Shown piece after piece: positions 33,071 through 41,915 of a stretch of DNA of 64,000 nucleotides (the first letter of the stretch is position 1; every line of letters begins with the position of its first letter). Source of the stretch: an uncultured Alphaproteobacteria bacterium (GTDB taxonomy: Bacteria > Pseudomonadota > Alphaproteobacteria > Methylaequorales > Methylaequoraceae); assembly GCA_902523675.1 (NCBI GenBank), contig CABZAL010000006.1:5323-69322 (forward strand). Direction: 5' to 3'. Both the position numbers and the translations under genes were made by a program. The notes under the pieces were generated by a model. The model was not told the origin of the DNA. It saw only the letters and a program-made list of their open reading frames with translations, and did no database searches.

Positions 33071-34028
33071 TTAGAATATCAGTGGTTTTAGAATCTTTCC
33101 AATTTCATGAAAATTTTTATCATTAAGTATATCTCGTAAATAGTCTTTAATCCTAGGCAAATGAAGTAAATAAGTTGGTATTGAATCACGTGAATTTATT
33201 CTGCAAAATATTCCCAAAACTTTTAAGTGTCTCTGCAATGCGAGAATTTTAAAAGAGACTCTAAACAGAGTGTCATTTTTAAAATTCATATTTTCTAAGT
33301 AATAATTTAATAATTCTTCTCTTACTTTATTATTTAAACATTTTCTAGCATCTTCTAGTAATGACATTAGATCGTAAGAAATTGGTCCTAACAACATATC
33401 TTGATAATCAATCCAAGCACATTTTTTTATGCCTTCTTCATTTTTCAAATAAAAAAGATTATCGACATGGAAATCCCTATGAACTAGAACTTTTTGTAGT
33501 CCCTGTAACTTAGAAAATAGTTCAGAAAAAAGATTTACTAAAATCTTTTTTTGGGATACTGATATGTTTTTATTATTAAAAGGTAAAAACCAATCAAAAA
33601 AAATATTTAATTCTTTAAATAAAATATTGTTATCAAAACTTTTAATTTTATATCCTTTTTTATTTTTATGAATAAAAACAAGCGTATCAATCGCAAGCTT
33701 ATAAAGTTTAATTTTATTTTTTTTATTTAAAATACTTCCATATTTATTTTCTCCAAAATTTTCAATTATTAATATCCCGCACTGAGAATAATCATTGTAA
33801 ATTTTTGGTACCTTTATACCACATTCTTTTAAAATCTTTGTGGCTACAATAAATTTATTTAAACCAATTTCTTGAGTATTATCATACATCAATACATTTT
33901 TAGTTTTTTTTAGAAATAACTTGGAAATATTTTCTATTAGATGCATCACCAGCTAAAAATACAATTTCATTAAAATTATATTTTTTTTTTAATAATATAT
34001 TTTCCAGTTCTTTTATTAAAATTTTCAT
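33071..34028 (-). CDS. amgK: Anomeric MurNAc/GlcNAc kinase (APH family); apparent frameshift in the A8 run at 33904-33911
   Basis: ATG at 34028 gives ..FLAGDASNRKYF.. then a stop; the +1 frame continues with HRDFHVDNL, IDYQD, QRHLKVLGIF. Confidence 0.82.
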
Positions 34029-34032
34029 TAAG

Positions 34033-34485
34033 TTAAAGATCCATTTTCAATTTCAAACCACCAACAAAAAAAATCTTCATAAATAAATTTTTATCAGAAT
34101 CTTCTTTGAAATGTATTTCTATTCTTTTTTCTGGTAATAACGGCTCAATTATTTCAGGCCACTCAATAAGCACAAGGTTATTCAAAGCTTCTTCGTAATC
34201 TAATAGAAAAATTTCTGATGATTTTGTTAGTCTATACAGATCAAAATGCCATATATCAAACTTTTTAAAGTTATAGATTTGTAACAATGGAAATGTTGGA
34301 CTAACAACATTTATTTTTTTTTGTGAAAAATAATTAATAAAATACCTAGTGAAGGTTGTTTTTCCAGTACCCAACTCGCCTCTTAAGGAAATAAAAAAAC
34401 CATTTTTGGCTTGTCTCGCTAACAATTCTGCTACATTTTTAGTAACATTTAAGTTAGGTAAATATATTTTAAATTCATCTTTCAT
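34033..34485 (-). CDS. tsaE: tRNA threonylcarbamoyladenosine biosynthesis ATPase
   Basis: GELGTGKTTF, VSPTF, HFDLYRL, IEWPE. Confidence 0.96.
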   Translation of the reverse strand: MKDEFKIYLPNLNVTKNVAELLARQAKNGFFISLRGELGTGKTTFTRYFINYFSQKKINVVSPTFPLLQIYNFKKFDIWHFDLYRLTKSSEIFLLDYEEALNNLVLIEWPEIIEPLLPEKRIEIHFKEDSDKNLFMKIFFVGGLKLKMDL

Positions 34486-34538
34486 TTTAAATAAAATTAC
34501 TCATATACTTAGTAACCACTATAAACTACAAAATTAAT

Positions 34539-35555
34539 ATGAATAATGAAAATTTAGAAACTGACGTTTTAATAATTGGATCAGGACCAGTTGGGCTTTT
34601 TTGTGTTTTTGAATTAGGCCAATTAGGAATTAAAAGTTTACTGATCGACTCATTAGACGAAATTGGTGGACAATGTACTGCTCTATATCCTGAAAAACCA
34701 ATTTATGATATACCTGCTTATCCTAAAATTTCAGCACTTGATTTAATTAAAAATTTGAGCTTACAAATTGAACCATTCAAACCAATTATTGAGTTAAATC
34801 AGAAAGTTATAGAACTGAAAAATATTGATGACAAATATGAAATTCGGACTACCGCAAACAAAGTAATTAAAGCAAAATGTATCATTATAGCCGCAGGTTC
34901 GGGTGCTTTTGGACCTAACAAACCACCTGTAGAAAATATTTCTAAATTTGAAAATAAATCCATATTTTATTCAGTTAAAAATAAGTCAATTTTTAATAAA
35001 AAAAATGTAGTAATCGCTGGTGGAGGTGATTCAGCAGTTGATTGGGCAATTGAGTTGTCAAAAATTTGCAAGAAAATCTATTTTGTTCACAGAAGAGAAA
35101 AGCTTAGAGCTGCTCCTAATAATGTTTCAAAACTTAAAGAGATATGTACTACTGGAGTGGTAGAAATGATAATACCTTTTCAGGTTTCTAATTTAGTAGG
35201 TAAAGACGGAAAGCTTGATGAAATTGTCGTGAAAAATTTTGATAATAATTCACTTAATCTTAAAGCTGACTATTTTCTTCCATTTTTTGGATTGTCCTCA
35301 GATCTTGGGCCAATTAAAGATTGGGAGTTAAGCATTGAAAATGGCAATTTAAAAGTTGATCAATCCAGTTGTCAAACCTCTAAAAAGGGTATTTTTGCAG
35401 TTGGAGATGTCTGCACATATTCTGGAAAATTAAAACTTATTCTTACTGGTTTTTCCGAAGCGGCTATTGCTGCACATTCATGCTACAATAGAATTTTCCC
35501 AAACAAAACTCTTCGATTCGAATATTCTACTTCAAAAGGAATTAACAAACTCTAA
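34539..35555 (+). CDS. Ferredoxin-NADP+ reductase (TrxB/YumC type)
   Basis: [46 protein letters not shown]; no CxxC. Confidence 0.9.
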   Translation: MNNENLETDVLIIGSGPVGLFCVFELGQLGIKSLLIDSLDEIGGQCTALYPEKPIYDIPAYPKISALDLIKNLSLQIEPFKPIIELNQKVIELKNIDDKYEIRTTANKVIKAKCIIIAAGSGAFGPNKPPVENISKFENKSIFYSVKNKSIFNKKNVVIAGGGDSAVDWAIELSKICKKIYFVHRREKLRAAPNNVSKLKEICTTGVVEMIIPFQVSNLVGKDGKLDEIVVKNFDNNSLNLKADYFLPFFGLSSDLGPIKDWELSIENGNLKVDQSSCQTSKKGIFAVGDVCTYSGKLKLILTGFSEAAIAAHSCYNRIFPNKTLRFEYSTSKGINKL

Positions 35556-36838
35556 TATCTATATTCATCATTTTTAAATGGACCATTAATAGGTACATTT
35601 ATATAATCGCCTTGTTTTTTTGATAACTGTGTAAGCATAGCTCCAATTTTATCTAAATGAAGTTTTGCAACTTTTTCATCCAATTTTTTAGGCAAAACGT
35701 AAACCTTATTTTCATATTCTTTGCTATTTTGCCATAGTTCAATTTGGGCCAATACTTGATTACTAAAAGAAGCAGACATTACAAAACTTGGATGACCTGT
35801 TGCACAACCTAAATTGACTAGCCTTCCTTCAGCAAGCAGAATAATTTTTTTACCATCAGGAAACTCAATTTCATCAACCTGAGGTTTAATATTTTGCCAT
35901 TTAAAATTCCTCAATGATTCAACTTGAATCTCAGAGTCAAAATGTCCAATATTGCAAACAATCGATCTATCTTTCATATCTCTCATATGGTCTATTGTTA
36001 TAACATCTATATTTCCTGTAGCAGTTACGAATATATCCGCTTTTTTTGCACTATTTTCCATTGTAGACACTTCATAACCGTCCATCGCAGCTTGTAATGC
36101 ACAAATAGGATCAACTTCGGTAATTATTACTCTACACCCAGCTTGTCTTAGACTTTCTGCTGAACCTTTTCCTACATCTCCATATCCAGCTACTAATGCA
36201 ATCTTACCAGCCATCATTACATCAGTCGCTCTTCTTATACCATCAACCAAACTTTCACGACATCCATACTTATTATCAAATTTCGACTTTGTTACTGAGT
36301 CATTAACATTTATGGCTGGAACTTTTAATAAATTTTGCTTTTCCATTTCTATAAGTCTTAAAACACCAGTAGTTGTTTCTTCTGACAATCCTTTAACTAC
36401 ATCTAAATATTTTGAAAATTTTTCATGCATTACTTTTGTCAAGTCCCCCCCATCATCGAGTATTAGATTAGGCTTCCAATTATTTGGACCATTAATTGTT
36501 TGCTCAATACACCACCAGAATTCTTCCTCTGTTTCTTCTTTCCATGCGAATATAGGTACATTAGCTTCTGCCATGGCAGCTGCAGCGTGATCCTGAGTTG
36601 AATATATATTACAAGAACTCCATCTTACTGTTGCACCTAATTCTAAGAGTGTCTCGATTAATACAGCTGTTTGAATTGTCATATGTAAACAACCAGCAAT
36701 TCTTGCCCCACTAAGTGGCTTTGACTCTCCAAATTCTTCTCTTAATTTCATAAGTCCTGGCATCTCTGTTTCAGCAATTGATATTTCTTTTCTCCCCCAC
36801 TCTGCTAAACTAAGATCTTTAACCTTAAAATCATTCAT
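35552..36838 (-). CDS. ahcY: Adenosylhomocysteinase
   Basis: [39 protein letters not shown]. Confidence 0.98.
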   Translation of the reverse strand: MNDFKVKDLSLAEWGRKEISIAETEMPGLMKLREEFGESKPLSGARIAGCLHMTIQTAVLIETLLELGATVRWSSCNIYSTQDHAAAAMAEANVPIFAWKEETEEEFWWCIEQTINGPNNWKPNLILDDGGDLTKVMHEKFSKYLDVVKGLSEETTTGVLRLIEMEKQNLLKVPAINVNDSVTKSKFDNKYGCRESLVDGIRRATDVMMAGKIALVAGYGDVGKGSAESLRQAGCRVIITEVDPICALQAAMDGYEVSTMENSAKKADIFVTATGNIDVITIDHMRDMKDRSIVCNIGHFDSEIQVESLRNFKWQNIKPQVDEIEFPDGKKIILLAEGRLVNLGCATGHPSFVMSASFSNQVLAQIELWQNSKEYENKVYVLPKKLDEKVAKLHLDKIGAMLTQLSKKQGDYINVPINGPFKNDEYRY

Positions 36839-36856
36839 AATTTTCTCCTTTTATTT

Positions 36857-38917
36857 TTAGATTCTATTTTCAATCTGCTTTTTAAAATTTTCTAAATACC
36901 TTTTAATATCTTCACTGTTAGCTCGCTCGATTACTTTTTGTGATAATTCAAGGCATTCTTTTAATGAAATAAAATTAATAAATTGTTTGACCTTTAATAT
37001 TCTTGATGTACTCATTGACAGTATATCTATTCCCATTCCAATAAGCAAAGCTGTAAAAAAAACGTCACCAGCCATCTCACCGCAAATACTCACAGGTATA
37101 TTAGCATTTTTTCCAGCTTCAGAAGTCATTTTGATTAATTTAAGTACAGATAAGTGCCCAGGATCATATATTTTTGCCACAGTTTCATCTCCCCTGTCAA
37201 TTGCTAATGTGTACATTGTCAAATCATTAGTACCAATGGCAAAAAAATCACAATGCTTCGCTAAAGAGTCTGAAATTAATGCAGCTGCCGGTGTTTCTAT
37301 TAAAACTCCGATCTCAGGAATTTTATTTGAGATTTTTATTTTATTTTTTTTTAATTTTTTTCTTACATTTAAAATTATCTTCTTGGCTTCTAGAAATTCG
37401 CTCACATTTGAAACCATTGGAAGCATGATTCTTAAGTTACCATAAAAACTTGCTCGTAAAATTGCTGAAATTTGTTTCTCAAAAATTTTTGGAAATGCAA
37501 GAGTTAATCTTATTGCTCTTAGACCTAAAGCTGGATTAGGTGAAGGAGGAATGAGTTTTTCAAAAGATTCTATTTGCTTATCATTACCTATATCCAAAGT
37601 TCTGATTGTAAGCTGTTTATTTTTAAGTCCATACAAAGAATCTTTTATGAGCTGGAATTGTTCATTTTCTGAAGGAAAATTTTTTCTGTTCATATATAAA
37701 TATTCACTTCTAAAAAGTCCAATTCCATCAATTCCCTTTTCCATGGCATCCTTTACCTCCTGAGATGTGTCAACATTTGCCTCAACAAAGATTCTTTTTT
37801 TATCGATTGTTAGTGGTGAAATATCTTTGAATGAAGTTAATTTTAGATTTTGATTATTTTGATCCTCAATGATATTTGAATATTTTCTTATAGAAGTGTT
37901 ACTTGGATTTCTAATTACAAATCCATTATCACCATCAATAATTATTTTTTCACCATTTTTAAGAACTTCTAAAATACCTTTAACACCAACCACAGTTGGA
38001 ATTGATAACGAACGAGCAATAATTGCAAAATGTCCTTCTGGTCCGCCCTGCTCACTTATCAAACCGGAAATTTTATTTTTTTGAAGTACCATTAAATCTG
38101 CTGCACTTAATTCTTCAGATATAACTACTTTATTGTTTAAATCATGTTTTATTTTTTTTCCTAATTTATCCAATTTCAAATTATTTATAATACGTTTACA
38201 AACGTCCTTAACATCATCAAATCTCTCTCTAAAATAACTATCTTTTATTTTTTTATACTGTTCTTCGTGCTTTCTATGCTCATCAACAATTGACCATTCA
38301 GCATTTATTAATTTTTTTTGTATATTTTTTCGTGCATCATTAACAAGACTAGAAGATCTCAACATTAAAACATGGGCTTCCAATATAAATTTCATCTCGT
38401 TATTACCCGACGAGTTTTTTGATTGAATACTTTTAATTAATTTATTTAGTTCAAATACCGACTTTTTCACGGCACCATTAAATCTTTCAATCTCTTTCTT
38501 AATATCATCCTTGCTAATTTTGTAGTGAGAAAAAGCCAACCCAACTGATTCTTTTAAAAAACACTCTCCAATAAATACACCTGAAGAGACACCTATACCC
38601 TTATAAATTTTTTCTTTAATGTTGGCTTGTTTGATTTTTTTTTCTTCTCCAAAGTTATTTTTTATTAACTCAGTCAGTTGCTGCAAATCTGAAGAAGACC
38701 TTTTTCCTCTACATTTAATTTCTATATTTGAACCTTGTTTGGCAGCTAAAGACATCAAGCCTAAAATAGAAGTGCCGCAAACTGAATACTTTCCAGATTT
38801 AACAGATACCCTAGAAGAAAGCTTTGAAGAAATTTTAACAAATTTAGCAGCTGCTCTAGCATGAAGACCAAGCTTATTTGTTATTTGAATTTTTTTAACT
38901 GATAATTTATCAGTCAA
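36857..38917 (-). CDS. ptsI: Fused HPr + PTS Enzyme I (PEP-protein phosphotransferase)
   Basis: N-terminal GLHARAA (His15) and SILGLMSL (Ser46) HPr domain, in frame with EI motifs GGPEGHFAI, GIGLFRSE, NPALGLR, IGTNDL, CGEMAG. Confidence 0.93.
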   Translation of the reverse strand: MTDKLSVKKIQITNKLGLHARAAAKFVKISSKLSSRVSVKSGKYSVCGTSILGLMSLAAKQGSNIEIKCRGKRSSSDLQQLTELIKNNFGEEKKIKQANIKEKIYKGIGVSSGVFIGECFLKESVGLAFSHYKISKDDIKKEIERFNGAVKKSVFELNKLIKSIQSKNSSGNNEMKFILEAHVLMLRSSSLVNDARKNIQKKLINAEWSIVDEHRKHEEQYKKIKDSYFRERFDDVKDVCKRIINNLKLDKLGKKIKHDLNNKVVISEELSAADLMVLQKNKISGLISEQGGPEGHFAIIARSLSIPTVVGVKGILEVLKNGEKIIIDGDNGFVIRNPSNTSIRKYSNIIEDQNNQNLKLTSFKDISPLTIDKKRIFVEANVDTSQEVKDAMEKGIDGIGLFRSEYLYMNRKNFPSENEQFQLIKDSLYGLKNKQLTIRTLDIGNDKQIESFEKLIPPSPNPALGLRAIRLTLAFPKIFEKQISAILRASFYGNLRIMLPMVSNVSEFLEAKKIILNVRKKLKKNKIKISNKIPEIGVLIETPAAALISDSLAKHCDFFAIGTNDLTMYTLAIDRGDETVAKIYDPGHLSVLKLIKMTSEAGKNANIPVSICGEMAGDVFFTALLIGMGIDILSMSTSRILKVKQFINFISLKECLELSQKVIERANSEDIKRYLENFKKQIENRI

Positions 38918-39321
38918 TTTTTTTTGTCCTCAAAAAAAGTAGATGCTGCGTTAATATACTTTCTTCCTGATTCTTGAGAAATTTTTACAAGTTGATCTAA
39001 GTTTAATTTTGTTCTGGAGGATACCATTTTTATGAGCATAGGCAGGTTGACTCCAGCTATAACCTCTGTTTTTCCATCAATAATTGTTGAGATAGCTAAA
39101 TTTGAAGGTGTGCCTCCAAACATATCCGTGGTAACGATGACGCCCTTACCACAATCAACTTTATCAATGGCCTCCAATATTTCTGATCTTCTTTTTTCCA
39201 TATCATCTTCTGGAAATATACAAACATCGATGATATTCTTTTGCTGACCGACAACATGTTCTAAGGCTACAATAAATTCCTTAGCAAGTTTTCCATGGGT
39301 TACAATAACAATACCTATCAT
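38914..39321 (-). CDS. manX: PTS EIIA mannose-class component
   Basis: MIGIVIVTHG, TDMFGGTPSN, GVNLPML. Confidence 0.94.
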   Translation of the reverse strand: MIGIVIVTHGKLAKEFIVALEHVVGQQKNIIDVCIFPEDDMEKRRSEILEAIDKVDCGKGVIVTTDMFGGTPSNLAISTIIDGKTEVIAGVNLPMLIKMVSSRTKLNLDQLVKISQESGRKYINAASTFFEDKKN

Positions 39322-40166
39322 TTTTTTAAGTCTCTATGCTCTAAAGAAATCTCAATTTTTGTGCTAAAAATATCTTTACTAAATTTTTCAGCCATCATGA
39401 CTGATCTATGTATACCACCAGTGCAACCAAAAGCAATAGTGAGAAATTTTTTACCTTCAATTAAAAAGGCTGGTATTATTTTTTTGTGTGTTTCTAAAAA
39501 GAGTTTATAAAAGTTTTTAAAGTTTATTTGTCCAGAAATATAATTAATAACCTTACGATCTTTTCCAGTTAATTTTTTTAGTTCGCTTATATAAAAGGGA
39601 TTTTTTATAAAACGCATATCTACCACTATATCAGCTTCTCTTGGTATTCCGTACTTATAGCCAAAAGAAAGGATTCTTAAATTTAGTTTTAAATGCTGGC
39701 TAGTAGAATAATTGGTCTCTAAAATCCTTCTTAAATTTGGCAAATTTAAATTTGTTGTATCAATTATATTATCTGCAATCTCTTTTAATGGTTTTAACCA
39801 AAATTTTTCTTGTTCAATGATATCGTTAATCGGGATATCAAGTTTTAATGGATGAGGACGTCTTGATTCTTTAAATCTGTCAATCAGTGTTGAAGATTCA
39901 CAATCAAAATAAACTAAATGAATGTTAAATGATTTTCTATTACATTTAATAAATGTTGAAATATCTTTACCATTAAAATCTCTACTTCTAACATCGATAC
40001 CAAATGAAAAAAATCCTGCTAATTTTTTTTCGGTAATTATTGGTAATAAAGAAAAAGGTAAATTATCAACAGCCTCGTATCCAAGGTCTTCAAAAATTTT
40101 CAAAGCTGTGGATCGCCCAGCACCTGAAAGACCTGTAACAATTATTAGTTTGCTCTTTTCATCCAC
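39318..40166 (-). CDS. rapZ: RNase adapter RapZ-family P-loop protein
   Basis: TGLSGAGRS, VDNLP, RRPHPL, SFGYKYG, GCTGGIHRSV. Confidence 0.94.
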   Translation of the reverse strand: MDEKSKLIIVTGLSGAGRSTALKIFEDLGYEAVDNLPFSLLPIITEKKLAGFFSFGIDVRSRDFNGKDISTFIKCNRKSFNIHLVYFDCESSTLIDRFKESRRPHPLKLDIPINDIIEQEKFWLKPLKEIADNIIDTTNLNLPNLRRILETNYSTSQHLKLNLRILSFGYKYGIPREADIVVDMRFIKNPFYISELKKLTGKDRKVINYISGQINFKNFYKLFLETHKKIIPAFLIEGKKFLTIAFGCTGGIHRSVMMAEKFSKDIFSTKIEISLEHRDLKK

Positions 40167-40581
40167 TAAATCTCTCGTTAAGTTTCAATTTAATTTTTGC
40201 AACTGCAGAAATTTCATTCGGTTCAAGTTCCAAATGTGGAAAATTTAAACCTAATAATCTTTTTATATTTTTTGGATACAATCGCTCAGTTTTTTTTTGC
40301 ACAAGGCTAACTATTATTTTCATCTTCACATTCTCAACATAAGGAACTTTTATTATTCCCATACCTCTTACCTCAAGAAGGCCATATATTGCCTCAATAG
40401 AAAAAAGAAAAATTTCATCTTGTCTTTTCAAACAAAGAGTCTGATCATCACTAATTAATGTTCCTCCTGAATCAATTAATCTCAAAGCTAAATCTGACTT
40501 TCCAGAACCTGAATGCCCAATAATTAGAATTCCGTTATCTTCCACTGCTACAGAAGAACCATGTATTCTTTTTGAAACCAT
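40159..40581 (-). CDS. hprK: HPr kinase/phosphorylase, short alphaproteobacterial form
   Basis: IHGSSV..GHSGSGKSDLALRL..SDDQ..LEVRGMG. Confidence 0.9.
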   Translation of the reverse strand: MVSKRIHGSSVAVEDNGILIIGHSGSGKSDLALRLIDSGGTLISDDQTLCLKRQDEIFLFSIEAIYGLLEVRGMGIIKVPYVENVKMKIIVSLVQKKTERLYPKNIKRLLGLNFPHLELEPNEISAVAKIKLKLNERFSG

Positions 40582-40583
40582 TT

Positions 40584-41063
40584 CTACATTTTATCTAATT
40601 GATTAGATTTTAACTTCTTGTTCAAAACTTTTATTGTGGTTTTGTAATTAAATTTAGTAGTAGAAGAAAACTTTAAGTCAAACTCATCAAAATCTTTTAA
40701 TGCTTTGTTTAATCCAAATAACATAATATGCAGACCCTGAGGTTGTAAGTAGAGTTCACTTCGGGCATTAATTTTAATTTGTTCTAATTTTTTCATCACT
40801 GAAATATCATTTTTTAAAATCCTTGTATGAAATTCACCCTTTTTAGCACAATCGCACGAAACTGAATCTAAAACTATATCCTCATTAGAGTTATTAAAAA
40901 TGGATATGTAAATTGAAGTACTTTTTTGAGTTGGAAAAGTCTCAAAAGTGTATCCTCCATGAAGACTTAAACCTTCATTTGCGAAAGTAAATTTATAAAA
41001 TAAAAAAAAGAAGAGAAAAATCAGCTTTTTTAAATCAAGGAATTTTTTAGTTAAAAAAATCAT
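40584..41063 (-). CDS. Copper chaperone PCu(A)C
   Basis: Signal peptide; H-x10-M...GLHIML copper motif. Confidence 0.85.
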   Translation of the reverse strand: MIFLTKKFLDLKKLIFLFFFLFYKFTFANEGLSLHGGYTFETFPTQKSTSIYISIFNNSNEDIVLDSVSCDCAKKGEFHTRILKNDISVMKKLEQIKINARSELYLQPQGLHIMLFGLNKALKDFDEFDLKFSSTTKFNYKTTIKVLNKKLKSNQLDKM

Positions 41064-41111
41064 TTTTAATCACCACATACTATATTATCACTAATTTAAG
41101 ATTTTGTACTT

Positions 41112-41915
41112 ATGGATAATAAAAATATCAATTTTATTTCAAGACAATTAATGAGATCCTCAACAAAGGGATATCTTTCTACTGAATTTTGTAAAAAAAA
41201 TAAGGAGAAAGTCAAAATCACACATTTAAAAAAACCTATTCCATTTTGTTCTTTTATAATGACTGCTTTTGATTATGACGGAACTCCTTTATTATTATTG
41301 TCAGAATTATCGGAACATACGAATAATTTAAAAGATAATAATATCGCTTCATTGATGTTCTACGAAGAAATAAAAAATGAAAGTTTTTTTCCAACGTTTA
41401 ATTATAAAAAAATTAGATTCAGATGTAGTTATGAAGATCCAATGTCTAGACCAAGACTCACCCTTCTGGGTAAATTAGAACTATCTTCCTCAATCAATCA
41501 TAAAAATCGGTTCATTAATAGACATCCAGCTTCAAAACTCTATGCAAATTTTGCTGATATGAAAATGTATAAGTTTAATATCATTAAAGGTCACCTTACT
41601 GGAGGTTTTGCAATGGTTAAGTGGTTCGAAAAAGATGACCTAATATACAAAATTACAACGGGTTTTGAAGAAAATGAGTTTGGGGTAATGCAACATATGA
41701 ATGAAGAACATCAAATGAGTATTAATCTATATGCAAATAAACTATTAAATGAAAAAAAGAAAAGAAATTGGAAAATCACAGGCATTGATCCCGAAGGGTT
41801 TGACATCAGAAATGGTAAAAACTTCAATAGGTTAATTTTCCAAAAATCTTTGAAAAATTCAAAGCAATTAAGGAAAGAATTTGTCTTGCTTCATAAGAAG
41901 GCATCCACTCTTTAG
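41112..41915 (+). CDS. HugZ/HutZ-like PNPOx-fold protein with DUF2470 C-terminal domain
   Basis: LLLSELSEHTNNL, PRLTLLG, RHP..YANFAD, HMNEEH, GIDPEGFD. Confidence 0.85.
   Translation: MDNKNINFISRQLMRSSTKGYLSTEFCKKNKEKVKITHLKKPIPFCSFIMTAFDYDGTPLLLLSELSEHTNNLKDNNIASLMFYEEIKNESFFPTFNYKKIRFRCSYEDPMSRPRLTLLGKLELSSSINHKNRFINRHPASKLYANFADMKMYKFNIIKGHLTGGFAMVKWFEKDDLIYKITTGFEENEFGVMQHMNEEHQMSINLYANKLLNEKKKRNWKITGIDPEGFDIRNGKNFNRLIFQKSLKNSKQLRKEFVLLHKKASTL

Noticed and set aside
36839-36856. SAH/SAM riboswitch before ahcY
   Set aside because: Only an 18-nt spacer containing an SD (AAGGAG); no room
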